Below the pieces are notes generated by a model, which saw only the letters and a program-made list of their open reading frames with translations, was not told the origin of the DNA and searched no databases. The position numbers and the translations under genes are program-made. This document shows, in pieces, positions 21,005-30,720 of a stretch of 64,000 nucleotides of DNA (the stretch's first letter is position 1; every line of letters begins with the position of its first letter). This stretch comes from SAR324 cluster bacterium REDSEA-S27_B3 (lineage in GTDB: Bacteria > SAR324 > NAC60-12): NCBI GenBank assembly GCA_001627865.1, contig LUQO01000065.1, positions 13,134 through 77,133 on the forward strand, read 5' to 3'.

Positions 21005-23884
21005 TTAAGCTCTATCACCAGTTTTTATTGAAATCGAGGAATGATTCGGATCTAAATCCGTTTCGCCACTCAATTGAAGAATCGTACTCCGGGCTGAGTA
21101 ACAGAGCGAGCGAGCAGCAGTCCAATCTGTGCCTTGAGGATAAACAGGGGGAGCAATAATCACTTCCACGGCAGTGCGATGGGGACTCCAAGTTCCATCA
21201 GGGAGTAGTGTGCGAGTTCCTTTAAGCACTACGGGGACTACCGGGAGATTGTTTTGGGCTGCTATGACAAAAGCTCCCATGTGAAAGGGGAGGAGCCCTG
21301 GAGCACGATGCAATGTGCCTTCCGGAAAAAACACCAAGGAGTGGCCGGACTGAGCATCTTGAGCAATCCGTTCATTGTCTTTCGCACTTTCATGAAGATC
21401 ATAGCGTTCCACAAACAAGGTTCCGATTCGCCTGAGAAAGAGTCTGGCAATCCAAGAAGATTCCAGCTCTCGTTTGGCAACAAAATGAGGAAGTTCAGGA
21501 AGTGCGGCAGTGAGAATAAAGCTGTCTAAATAGCTGGAATGATTGATCACCAATATGCAGGGAGAAAGCAAATTGGTGGAACCTTGCAGATGCAAAGGGA
21601 TTCCGGTCACCTGCAGGAGCAAGTGGGCTAGGGCTTGTACATAGCGACAGCGGAGAGGTTGAGTGGGGATTACCATCACCCCGATCCAAGCCGCTGCAGC
21701 GATGAGGCCAAAACACACCCAGGTGTAAGCTCCATAAATCCCCTCGCGCACCTGCTTTCGAATGCGTTTGCGCAATGTCGGCAAAGCTTCCATTCCCAGG
21801 CGGAGAAGCTGGCGCCAGACTGGAAGAATACCTTTTCCCAAACTCCCGGTTTCATGCAAATGTTTCAAGGCGGCTCTCCGAATTTTGCCGCTGGAGGTTT
21901 TAAGCAGGGTGTTCGGTGAGGCGAGAACGATATCATCCGGAGGTGTGGCCAGCAACTGATCTGAGAGCACCCGGATTTCCTGCCGAAGGGACTCTAATGC
22001 GTTTGGTTCCTTTTCTCGGGTTTCTGCAAGCACCACCAGCCGTTCGGTGCCCAGCTTGGAGTCCATGGAGCCAAACACGGCCACCCGGCCTTTTCGAATT
22101 CCCGGGATAGTCCCAACCGCTTCTTCCAGCGCATAGGGATAAATATTTCGACCGGCGCGAATGATCACTTCTTTGGCCCGTCCGGTAATAAAGATTTCCC
22201 CTTTGGCTTGATAAGCATAATCTCCGGATTCCAACCATGCTCCATGAAATAAAGCTTGGTTCGCCTCTTCATTCCGGTAGTATCCTGTGGTGCAGGAAGG
22301 CCCTCGGAATTCCAATCGTCCGACCTGGCGTTCCGCCACCTCGTTATCTGCTTCATCAAGGAGTCGAAGCTCATACCCCTCCAGTGGTTTGCCACAAGAA
22401 ACAAACGAGAGCGTGTTTTCTTCGTGATCCGAATCGGCCGGTTCCGCCAGTCCCTGCTGCATGAATGGCTCGCGCTTGATGTGTTCCACCAGTGGTCCTC
22501 TGCCAGGTGGAGTGAAGGTCAGAGCCACACTCGCTTCTGCCATCCCATAGACAGGCATCATGATTTTAGGATTGTATCCATAGGGAGCGAATTGTTCGGC
22601 AAAGCCACTCAAAGTGGCAGGTTGAATCGGTTCGGCTCCATTAAGAGCAAGACGCCAGGAACTTAAATCCAGATTTTGAATTTGCTCATCCTTCACTCGG
22701 TTGAGGCACAATTCGTAGCCAAAATTAGGGGCTACTGATAAGGTCGCCCGATGATGATGAATGGTCCACAGCCACCGGGCCGGACGACTCAGGAAGGAGA
22801 GAGGCGGTATGATAATTAAAGGCGAAGCATAATAAAGACACACAAACCAGGTGCCGATCAATCCCATATCGTGGTAGAGCGGAAGCCAGCTGACGCCAAT
22901 GTCTTTAGGGGTAATCTGCATGGTTTGTCCAATGGCCCGCACATTGGCCAGCAACATGGCATGACTTAAGACCACGCCTTTGGGATTGCCGGTGCTTCCG
23001 GAAGTGTATTGAATCAGCGCAATATCGACGGCTCGTCGGTTGGGGCGCAGGCTGCTCTTTTCCCCAAGCCGTAATTCCGGCACCTCGACAATATGCTTCA
23101 TACTCTCCGCTTGGGCCCGGAGGAGATGGGCCAAGGGTTTGGCCTCAGAGATGGTAATGAGGACGGAAGCCTGGGCATTGTTGAGAATGGTCGTTTGGCG
23201 CTGCAGATGATCTTCAAGGTGCTTTAGACTTGCTGGAGGATAAAGAGGCACTGCGATTCCTCCGGCAAATAAAATACCAAAAAATGCCAGAAAATAATCG
23301 GTCCCTGTGGGAAGCATCAACGCGACAGGTTGATCAGGGAAAATGCCCAACTCCCTTAATCCTCCAGCCACTTCCAATGCCCCTTCAAGCAGATGGGCAT
23401 AGGTGATCACTTGCTCTTCTTTCGAGGATTGGGAAAGGTACAGATGAGGCCGCTCCGGATGCATCCTGGTGCGCCATTCCAGCACTTCCAGAAGGGTGGA
23501 AAAGGCTTCAGGGGAAGTTTCTGACTGGATCGTCTCTCCAGGCATGTGAACTGGGAAGGTCGTAAAATCCGGTTGATCTTCTTCGGCTCCAAGAACGGCT
23601 TGAAATAATTCTTTAGGAGTTTGGGCTGCAGCGAGAGCATCCTCAGGAAGGACCATGCCCCAGGAGTCTGCTATGCGGGAAAACAATTCTACCCGAGCGA
23701 TACTGTCCAGTCCCAAATCTCGGGTGAAATCAGAATCTAATGTGACCGGAGCAGTGCTGTGAGGAAAGAGTTCAGCACACAGACCGGTAGTTATCTCCAA
23801 CACGCTTTGAACGAGGGGCTCTGTTTCCTTTGTCCCATGGTGCAGACACGCTGCTTGGGTGGATTTTGAGGAGTTTTTATTCAC
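21005..23884 (-). CDS. fusion protein: acyl-carrier domain + fatty-acyl-AMP/acyl-ACP ligase + TM segments + lysophospholipid (PlsC-type) acyltransferase
   Basis: 959 aa with a GTG start. Motifs: PP-binding DLGLDSIARVEL, adenylation YTSGSTGNPKGV, hydrophobic stretch (GIYGAYTWVCFGLIAAAAWIGVMVI), acyltransferase H-x4-D (NHSSYLD) and FFPEGT. Markedly higher G+C than its neighbours. Confidence 0.85.
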   Translation of the reverse strand: MNKNSSKSTQAACLHHGTKETEPLVQSVLEITTGLCAELFPHSTAPVTLDSDFTRDLGLDSIARVELFSRIADSWGMVLPEDALAAAQTPKELFQAVLGAEEDQPDFTTFPVHMPGETIQSETSPEAFSTLLEVLEWRTRMHPERPHLYLSQSSKEEQVITYAHLLEGALEVAGGLRELGIFPDQPVALMLPTGTDYFLAFFGILFAGGIAVPLYPPASLKHLEDHLQRQTTILNNAQASVLITISEAKPLAHLLRAQAESMKHIVEVPELRLGEKSSLRPNRRAVDIALIQYTSGSTGNPKGVVLSHAMLLANVRAIGQTMQITPKDIGVSWLPLYHDMGLIGTWFVCLYYASPLIIIPPLSFLSRPARWLWTIHHHRATLSVAPNFGYELCLNRVKDEQIQNLDLSSWRLALNGAEPIQPATLSGFAEQFAPYGYNPKIMMPVYGMAEASVALTFTPPGRGPLVEHIKREPFMQQGLAEPADSDHEENTLSFVSCGKPLEGYELRLLDEADNEVAERQVGRLEFRGPSCTTGYYRNEEANQALFHGAWLESGDYAYQAKGEIFITGRAKEVIIRAGRNIYPYALEEAVGTIPGIRKGRVAVFGSMDSKLGTERLVVLAETREKEPNALESLRQEIRVLSDQLLATPPDDIVLASPNTLLKTSSGKIRRAALKHLHETGSLGKGILPVWRQLLRLGMEALPTLRKRIRKQVREGIYGAYTWVCFGLIAAAAWIGVMVIPTQPLRCRYVQALAHLLLQVTGIPLHLQGSTNLLSPCILVINHSSYLDSFILTAALPELPHFVAKRELESSWIARLFLRRIGTLFVERYDLHESAKDNERIAQDAQSGHSLVFFPEGTLHRAPGLLPFHMGAFVIAAQNNLPVVPVVLKGTRTLLPDGTWSPHRTAVEVIIAPPVYPQGTDWTAARSLCYSARSTILQLSGETDLDPNHSSISIKTGDRA

Positions 23885-24543
23885 AGTAGAAACCTTGATT
23901 TAGAAGAAGGGCAACTGCCACATTTGAAGCAAGAGAAGAATCCTAGGCTATCTTGTTTGTAGCAATCTCGGTCAGGGTTTGCAGGTATCTTAAACGCAAA
24001 GTTCACCAGTTTCTTTTCCACCCCTAAACAGGTTGATGAAGAGATAAAAAGGGTAGACTGACCAGAATTTAGCTCTATTACCAGTGTAAACACCAATATT
24101 TATTGATGAAATTTCATGTCAAACTTAATTCATGATTGTGTGGAAAATTACTATGATAACCAAGTTTATCCGTTAAATCAGACTGAGTTGCCATACAACA
24201 AAAATTCCTGTCAAATGGCCTTGATAGTTGATATCTTAATCATCCTCAGGTACAAGTGACAAGTATTACAAAGGGCAAGCTATAGCCTTTTTATCTGAAT
24301 GTCAATTCAATATCATTTTGAAACACTACACGCGAAACCCTTGGTTTAATGAGTTGACTACAGTTTTCCCTGGACATAAATTGTGCTAATTCAGACAAGA
24401 TTAGTTTGTTTGTGATATTTAATCAGAAAAGAAAACTGGAATATTTGATGAAACACAAGATATTTGGAAGCAACACCATTTAAACCCATCTTTTCAATCA
24501 GAGCGGCAAAGCACAGTTCAATCTTTTCCTAAAAGATTATCAA

Positions 24544-25602
24544 ATGAGATCAAGCAAAATTATACACATTATCTCCTGTCATGCTGAAGGTGAAGTCGGT
24601 GATGTGATTATCGGTGGGGTCAGTCCACCTCCGGGAGAAAGTATTTGGGAACAGTCCCGCTGGATTGATCAGGATCAGACTTTGCGCCGCTTCGTGCTGA
24701 ATGAACCACGCGGGGGAGTGTTCAGGCATGTAGACTTGCTGGTACCACCAAAAAATAAAAAGGCTGAGTTCGGTTTTATCATCATGGAACCGGAGCATAC
24801 TCCTCCAATGTCCGGATCAAACTCCATTTGTGTTGCCACAGTTTTGCTGGACAGCGGAATGATTCAGATGCAGGAGCCTGAAACAGAGTTTTTTCTTGAA
24901 GCTCCCGCCGGATTAGTGCATGTAAAAGCTCAATGTGAAAATGGAAAGGCTGTCAGTATAGAGATACAAAATGTGCCTTCATTTGCTGACAAACTAGATG
25001 TCAATCTCGAGGTGTCGGGAATTGGAACTCTCACTGTTGACACGGCCTATGGCGGAGACAGTTTTGTGCTGGTTGATGCAAAGTCGCTGGGCTTTGAAAT
25101 AGTTCCGGATGAGGCACGCAAACTTGCGGAAACAGGAGCAAAGATCACCTTGGCAGCAAATGAACAAATTGGATTTCAACACCCAACTCAAAAGGACTGG
25201 AACAGAATTTCATTTTGCCAGTTTACTAATCCAATTGAAAATATGAATGGAGTGCTCAGTGGCCGCAATACTGTGGCGATTGATCCAGGGAAACTGGACC
25301 GCTCACCATGCGGCACAGGATGTTCTGCAAGAATGGCAATTCTTCACTCCAGAGGCGAAATGCAGGAGGGAGATCAATTTATCGCAAAATCGATCATTAA
25401 CTCACGGTTTGACTGTTCAATCGTGCAAAGTACAAAGATCGGTAATATTAAAGCCATCATCCCAACTATTCGTGGCAGGGGATGGATAACCGGAACACAT
25501 CAGTTAATGTGTGATCCGGATGATCCCTGGCCTGAAGGTTATCGCCTTACTGATACCTGGCCAAATCCAAACAGCCAAAAGAAAATTCTTGATCAGGAAT
25601 AA
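24544..25602 (+). CDS. proline racemase / hydroxyproline epimerase-dehydratase family protein (Ser/Cys active-site pair)
   Basis: 352 aa. The N-terminus [13 protein letters not shown] and DRSPCGTG are family hallmarks. The first catalytic position reads MSGSNS (Ser rather than Cys). Confidence 0.85.
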   Translation: MRSSKIIHIISCHAEGEVGDVIIGGVSPPPGESIWEQSRWIDQDQTLRRFVLNEPRGGVFRHVDLLVPPKNKKAEFGFIIMEPEHTPPMSGSNSICVATVLLDSGMIQMQEPETEFFLEAPAGLVHVKAQCENGKAVSIEIQNVPSFADKLDVNLEVSGIGTLTVDTAYGGDSFVLVDAKSLGFEIVPDEARKLAETGAKITLAANEQIGFQHPTQKDWNRISFCQFTNPIENMNGVLSGRNTVAIDPGKLDRSPCGTGCSARMAILHSRGEMQEGDQFIAKSIINSRFDCSIVQSTKIGNIKAIIPTIRGRGWITGTHQLMCDPDDPWPEGYRLTDTWPNPNSQKKILDQE

Positions 25603-25616
25603 TACACATGTGTATT
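25601..25616. terminator. 16-bp perfect palindrome between convergent genes (weak hairpin)
   Basis: AATACACATGTGTATT overlaps the TAA of the 24544-25602 ORF and lies 31 nt from the nagA stop. The stem is AT-rich and there is no clear U-tract. Confidence 0.3.
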
Positions 25617-25646
25617 GATCTGCAAGTCAGCGTTCATGCTTCCATT

Positions 25647-26780
25647 TTATGATTGATGCAGGAAAGTTCCGCTGCGAGCTGCTTTGACCTGCCATCCGTC
25701 CTGCTTTTCTTCCCACCAGACGGCGTTTTCCTGCTCTGATAACAAACCTGAAGCTTTTGATGATTTGAGCAGCTGAATCGGATTGATCCCTGCCCATGCT
25801 ACAGCTTCCTGCAATGGTGTCCCGTACCAGTGCATAACATTCCGCACACATTGGTCTAACGTTACCGCAGAACCTACCGGCCGGGAAGTCTGTTGATCAT
25901 AAACAATCGGTTCTGACTCAAGCAGCAATTCAAGTTCACCCAGATGATAGAGTCCAGGCGTAGCTGATGCTCCGGCAGTTGCGTCCGAAATCAGAATGAT
26001 GCGTTTTGACTCTTTGGCCCTCAGATATACTTTTAATACTTCCGGATCAAGGTGAAAACCATCGGCGATAAAACTGGCGATAAGCCGATCTTCACCAAGC
26101 TGTGCAACAATAGGATTATTGTTCTTGTGGAGTTCTGCTTTGGTGCCATTGCCCAAATGTGTTGAAAGCGTCGCACCCGCCTCAACAGCCAGACGGATTT
26201 CATCAGCACTCGCCGCAGTATGTCCTAATGCGGCAATTATTCCTTCCGGAACTAATTTTTCGATAAATGCAAGAGCCCCTTTTACTTCCGGAGCCACTGT
26301 TACCAGACAGATGTTTCCTCCTGCTGCTTCCTGAAGACGCCAGAATAATTCAGGATCGGCATCTCCAATTGCCTCTACTGGATGGCATCCGGCGTAACCG
26401 GGAAGTGGTGAGATAAACGGTCCTTCCAGATGATAACCGGCTATCATTGTTTTTGCCAGTGCGGAGGATTCCAGAGCCTTCTCCAAATCCCTGAAGCATG
26501 ATGTCAGGTGTTCCTCTGACGCTGTAATCAGAGTAGGCAGGCATGTAGTTACTCCGGAGGCGAACATTGCTTCAAGCGCGTGTTGCAGAGATTCCGCAGT
26601 AATTCCGGGTGTGTTGAAATCAACTCCGGCGAAGCCATTTACCTGTAAATCAACAAGCCCATGTGTTTTGATTAATTGTGACTGCTGAGTGAAAGAAAAC
26701 GGATCATCGATTCCGGATTTATTTTCAGCATATTCCGGAAAAAGGTTATCGTTTTTAGATGAAAGTTCAGTTAAGGCCAT
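25647..26780 (-). CDS. nagA: N-acetylglucosamine-6-phosphate deacetylase
   Basis: 377 aa. DLQVNGFAGVDFN, GYHLEGPFISP and HLGNG are amidohydrolase/NagA blocks. Directly downstream of nagB. Confidence 0.9.
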   Translation of the reverse strand: MALTELSSKNDNLFPEYAENKSGIDDPFSFTQQSQLIKTHGLVDLQVNGFAGVDFNTPGITAESLQHALEAMFASGVTTCLPTLITASEEHLTSCFRDLEKALESSALAKTMIAGYHLEGPFISPLPGYAGCHPVEAIGDADPELFWRLQEAAGGNICLVTVAPEVKGALAFIEKLVPEGIIAALGHTAASADEIRLAVEAGATLSTHLGNGTKAELHKNNNPIVAQLGEDRLIASFIADGFHLDPEVLKVYLRAKESKRIILISDATAGASATPGLYHLGELELLLESEPIVYDQQTSRPVGSAVTLDQCVRNVMHWYGTPLQEAVAWAGINPIQLLKSSKASGLLSEQENAVWWEEKQDGWQVKAARSGTFLHQS

Positions 26781-26803
26781 TACAGCTTTTTAGTTCAAAT
26801 AAA

Positions 26804-27586
26804 TTAATATAGTTGCCAGTCCAGCTTGTTTTTTTCCACCCATTTGTAGTGATCCTTGAAAGTCAGCAAATATGATGCTTCATCATCCAGCACAATAGTC
26901 ACTCTTTGATGCATCTGCAGGATTGAAGCAGGGCAGCTGGCGGATACAGGCCCTTCGATCATCCTGCGTATCGCGTCAGCTTTTTTTGCGCCATTTGCCA
27001 GCAGCATGCAGTGGCGCGATTCCATAATAGTAGCAATGCCCATGGTGACAACATGTCGCGGTACTTCTTCCAGTTTATCAAAATAGATAGAGTTATCCTG
27101 AATGGTTTGCTCACTCAATATTTTAACCCAGGTGCGTGAAGCAAATGATCCGGTCGGCTCATTGAAACCGATATGTCCGTTTGCGCCGATACCCAAGACT
27201 TGTAAATCAATTCCTCCCGCGTCCTTTATTTGTTTTTCATATTCACGGCACGCCTCGCGAAGGTCATTAGCGTTACCTTGTGGAAGATGAACATTATCTT
27301 TGTTGATGTCAATTTTGTCAAAGAGATTACTCATCATATAATAATGATAAGAACGCTTGTCTTCCGGAGGCAAGCCTCCATATTCATCCAGATTGAAAGT
27401 AGTACAGTTCTGCAGACTCAACTCACCTGCATGATTCATTTTGATTAGTTCCTTATACATTCGAAGCGGGGTACCCCCTGTTGCCAGTCCAAGTACAGGA
27501 TTAACCTTTGTTTGAATAATTTTTCTGACCACTCTGGCAGCCACTTTTGCTCCTGCTTCAGGAGAATCATGAATCAGTATTTCCAA
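26804..27586 (-). CDS. nagB: glucosamine-6-phosphate deaminase
   Basis: 260 aa with GLATGGTP and GIGANGHIGFNEP motifs. Confidence 0.95.
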   Translation of the reverse strand: MEILIHDSPEAGAKVAARVVRKIIQTKVNPVLGLATGGTPLRMYKELIKMNHAGELSLQNCTTFNLDEYGGLPPEDKRSYHYYMMSNLFDKIDINKDNVHLPQGNANDLREACREYEKQIKDAGGIDLQVLGIGANGHIGFNEPTGSFASRTWVKILSEQTIQDNSIYFDKLEEVPRHVVTMGIATIMESRHCMLLANGAKKADAIRRMIEGPVSASCPASILQMHQRVTIVLDDEASYLLTFKDHYKWVEKNKLDWQLY

Positions 27587-27605
27587 TTTTATTTCTCCGG
27601 AACAA

Positions 27606-27686
27606 TTTTTTTTGTTGACAAAACCACTTTTTACTTTATTATATTGGACTATACCGGATCATTCATGATTTGTCCAGAATTATTTT
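27606..27686. promoter_or_regulatory. Promoter/operator unit A of a duplicated 107-bp module
   Basis: T8-G-TTGACA (27615-27620), 16-nt spacer, TATTAT (27637-27642) on the plus strand. An invariant 41-mer follows (27646-27686). On the minus strand the 41-mer reads TGGACA (27676-27671), 17 nt, TATAGT (27653-27648). Confidence 0.5.
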
Positions 27687-27712
27687 AATTTTTATTAATT
27701 TTTTTAAACTTA

Positions 27713-27793
27713 TTTTTTTTGTTGACATACTGAGTTTTAAATGTACAATACCGGACTATACCGGATCATTCATGATTTGTCCAGAATTATTTT
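27713..27793. promoter_or_regulatory. Promoter/operator unit B of the duplicated module
   Basis: Identical T8-G-TTGACA (27722-27727), 16-nt spacer, TACAAT (27744-27749). The identical 41-mer GGACTATACCGGATCATTCATGATTTGTCCAGAATTATTTT is at 27753-27793. Confidence 0.5.
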
Positions 27794-27877
27794 TCAATTA
27801 ATTCAAAACAGGCTGAAACACATTTTCTTTGTAATCAGACTTTTTAACTTAGTAAAGAATATTACAGAATTAAATAA

Positions 27878-29767
27878 GTGAGACTTATTACAGAGACAGA
27901 TTCAGATGGAGTTATCTCAGCCAGATTCGTCTATAACGGGAGTGATGAAATCAGCGAATACAGAATTTGCTTCAGTTTGCTTTCAAAATGTTCAACTGTT
28001 TCAGGCTGTAAGTTAATGCATCAGTTTGGTGGATATGTGGAACTTGCTCCGGATCATTCAGGAGGTCTGATGAATGGTGATGAATGGAACTTTTCATTTA
28101 AATACGGATACGACCGACACGCACCGGTAAACGTTTCCTGGGGGCCAATGGGTACTTATTTGAAATTAGCAGATGGTCAGACTGTTGATGTTAACAGTGA
28201 ACCGTTGAAATTTCTAAACGACACATCTCAGATGCAGACGAGGCTTTCAGGTGATGAACCTGCTCTGCGCCTTATACCTCATCCTAATTCATGGGAACAG
28301 ACAGCTGGAAAGTGTAATTTGTCTGACGGCATCAACTTTTCTGGAAATTTCAGCGAAACCGTGAAAAATGTAATCAGCTCTTTCGATTCATTGACGAAAC
28401 GTTTGGGTTTCCAGGAATTTCTCAGTAATCAAGGTGTTGATGTCTGTTTTGAAAATGTAGATAAAAATTTCAAGGAAGAAGAGTATGAACTGATAGTTAA
28501 GTCGCATCAAATAAAGATTCGCGCATCGCATTATATGGGTTATTTTTACGCGCTGATAAGCCTGTTGCAGTTAAGGCAAATCTACAATGCTTTGGTTCCA
28601 TGTGGACAAATAAAGGATTTGCCGAGATTCAGCTGGAGAGGTCAGCACCTGGACTGCGCCAGGCATTATTATGAAGTGGAAAGCATATTGCGGCTGCTTG
28701 ATCTGATGGCTTTATTGAAACTGAACCGCTTTCACTGGCACATGATAGATGACGAATCTTTCCGCCTTGAACTCAAAAGTTTTCCTGAATTAGCACAAAG
28801 TACAGGGATGCGTGGTAATGACTGTGTCTTACCTGGAGTGTTTGGCGGAGGGAAAGGGCCGACAGGAGGAACATACTCCGCGGAGGATGTGAAAATGATA
28901 GTCGATCATGCTGACAGTCTGGGAATTTCGGTTATGCCGGAAATAGAAATTCCGGCACACGCTAAGGCGTTGCTGGAAGTAATTCCGGAATTGAGAGATC
29001 CGCAGGATCAAAGTTATGAAGAATCGGTTCAGGGTTATCTTGAAAATACGATAAATCCTGCAATACAGGCAACCTGGAATTTCCTGGAAAAGATAATTCC
29101 GGAAATAAAAAACATGTTTCCGTTTGAAGTAATACACCTCGGCTGCGATGAAATGCCACAAAAAATCTGGCAGAACTCTCCTGCCATTAATAAATTGAAG
29201 GAGCAGGAAGGTCTGGAATCAACAGAGGATGTCCAGGAATGGACCATGCGGCGTGCGGCAGGAATTGTTATTGAAGCTGGGGGACGTCCTGCTGCCTGGG
29301 AAGAAGCCGGTAGAGGTAATAACGGCGGAATTGGGCAAGGCGCTCTGCTTTTTTCCTGGAGCGGCAAGGAACCTGGATTTGAAGCAGCCAAGGATGGTTA
29401 TGAAGTTGTGATGTGCCCTGCTCAGCATGTCTATTTTGATATGGCTCATACTCCAGAAACTCATGAAAAAGGTGTAAATTGGGCCGCGTTCGTTTCAATG
29501 AATGATGCATTGGACTGGGATCCTGTTCCTGAAAACGAACCTGAACTTGAACAGAATATTATTGGAATACAAGGTGAGTTGTGGTCAGAAACAGTAATCA
29601 AGGATAATGACTTTGAAACAATGCTTGCTCCAAGAATACTTGCGCTTTCTGAAGTAGCTTGGTCGGTCCCTCACAGAAAAAGAGAATTAAATGAATTCAG
29701 TGGAGCGGCAGGATACTTTGATAAAATCTTTGACCAACTAAATTGGCGGTGTCATGAGTTGGTGTGA
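27878..29767 (+). CDS. beta-N-acetylhexosaminidase (GH20), apparently cytoplasmic
   Basis: 629 aa. GH20 blocks HWHMIDDESFR and IHLGCDE. No N-terminal signal peptide. GTG start. Confidence 0.9.
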   Translation: MRLITETDSDGVISARFVYNGSDEISEYRICFSLLSKCSTVSGCKLMHQFGGYVELAPDHSGGLMNGDEWNFSFKYGYDRHAPVNVSWGPMGTYLKLADGQTVDVNSEPLKFLNDTSQMQTRLSGDEPALRLIPHPNSWEQTAGKCNLSDGINFSGNFSETVKNVISSFDSLTKRLGFQEFLSNQGVDVCFENVDKNFKEEEYELIVKSHQIKIRASHYMGYFYALISLLQLRQIYNALVPCGQIKDLPRFSWRGQHLDCARHYYEVESILRLLDLMALLKLNRFHWHMIDDESFRLELKSFPELAQSTGMRGNDCVLPGVFGGGKGPTGGTYSAEDVKMIVDHADSLGISVMPEIEIPAHAKALLEVIPELRDPQDQSYEESVQGYLENTINPAIQATWNFLEKIIPEIKNMFPFEVIHLGCDEMPQKIWQNSPAINKLKEQEGLESTEDVQEWTMRRAAGIVIEAGGRPAAWEEAGRGNNGGIGQGALLFSWSGKEPGFEAAKDGYEVVMCPAQHVYFDMAHTPETHEKGVNWAAFVSMNDALDWDPVPENEPELEQNIIGIQGELWSETVIKDNDFETMLAPRILALSEVAWSVPHRKRELNEFSGAAGYFDKIFDQLNWRCHELV

Positions 29768-29773
29768 AAGGCA

Positions 29774-30718
29774 GTGAACAAATTTTCAAAACTTATGAAC
29801 TCAAATAAAGCTGATTATAATACAACCTGGCAGAAATTTGTTCGTTCTCATGCTATCTACGCGTGGCTGCTGATTGTGCCTGCCGCCCTTTTCCTGTTTA
29901 TAATTGTCGGCTGGCCGCTGGCTGAAACTGTGAGGCTCTCATTTACCAACGCAGGACTGGGAGGAGAAAAATATATTGGCTGGGATAATTTTGAAAAACT
30001 TTATAACAGCCGTAAGTATCCCGGAATTGTGGGTAGGACATTTTACTGGATGTTCCTTTCAGTCAGTCTGAAAATGATTTTGGGAACAATTGGCGCCTTA
30101 TTGCTGAACGCCAAGCTGAAGGGAAGGGCTGCTTTCCGTGTTATGGTTATGCCTCCATGGATAGTACCGATGGCTATCGGGTGTATCGGCTGGCTCTGGG
30201 TATATAATGGACATTTCGGAATCCTGGCAGGAGTATTAATGCATCTCGGAATACTGGATGGCCCATTTGAATTTCTGGCTTATAAAACCAGTGCATTTTA
30301 CTCAACAATAGTCACCGATGTATGGGTGGGCACACCGATGGTAACTATTTTTTTTCTTGCCGCCATGCAGGGTGTTTCACAGGATCTTTATGAAGCAGCA
30401 TACGTTGACGGGGCGTCAAGATGGTACCGGTTCAGGCGCATAACAATTCCACAGATCATGCCTGTGATTGTGTCAATGGCTCTGCTTTCAGCAATCTGGA
30501 CATTTAATTCCTTTGAGATCATCTGGATACTTACTGAAGGCGGACCACGTGGTGCCACTACAACAATGATCATTGACACTTACAAAATGGCTATCGCGAA
30601 TTATAAGTTCGGCTATGGAGCAACAAGGGCATTGATGGTGGTACTGTTTTTAACAGTGTTTTCACTGATTTACCTGTTCATCCTCGGCAAAGTTCATCAA
30701 CGCTTTAAAGTGAAATAG
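29774..30718 (+). CDS. ABC sugar transporter permease (MalF/UgpA-like)
   Basis: 314 aa, multi-TM, with the EAA loop EAAYVDGASRWYRFRRITIPQ. Confidence 0.9.
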   Translation: MNKFSKLMNSNKADYNTTWQKFVRSHAIYAWLLIVPAALFLFIIVGWPLAETVRLSFTNAGLGGEKYIGWDNFEKLYNSRKYPGIVGRTFYWMFLSVSLKMILGTIGALLLNAKLKGRAAFRVMVMPPWIVPMAIGCIGWLWVYNGHFGILAGVLMHLGILDGPFEFLAYKTSAFYSTIVTDVWVGTPMVTIFFLAAMQGVSQDLYEAAYVDGASRWYRFRRITIPQIMPVIVSMALLSAIWTFNSFEIIWILTEGGPRGATTTMIIDTYKMAIANYKFGYGATRALMVVLFLTVFSLIYLFILGKVHQRFKVK

Positions 30719-30720
30719 AT

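Noticed and set aside
21005-23884. Interpreting the G+C-rich fusion gene as a mobile element
   Set aside because: No flanking direct or inverted repeats, integrase or transposase were seen. Only the compositional anomaly supports foreign origin, so it is reported as a possible horizontal acquisition rather than a mobile element.
23881-24096. 71-aa minus-strand ORF at the 5-prime side of the fusion gene
   Set aside because: Odd composition, no RBS or family resemblance, and it overlaps the start of the 959-aa gene. Treated as non-coding spacer.
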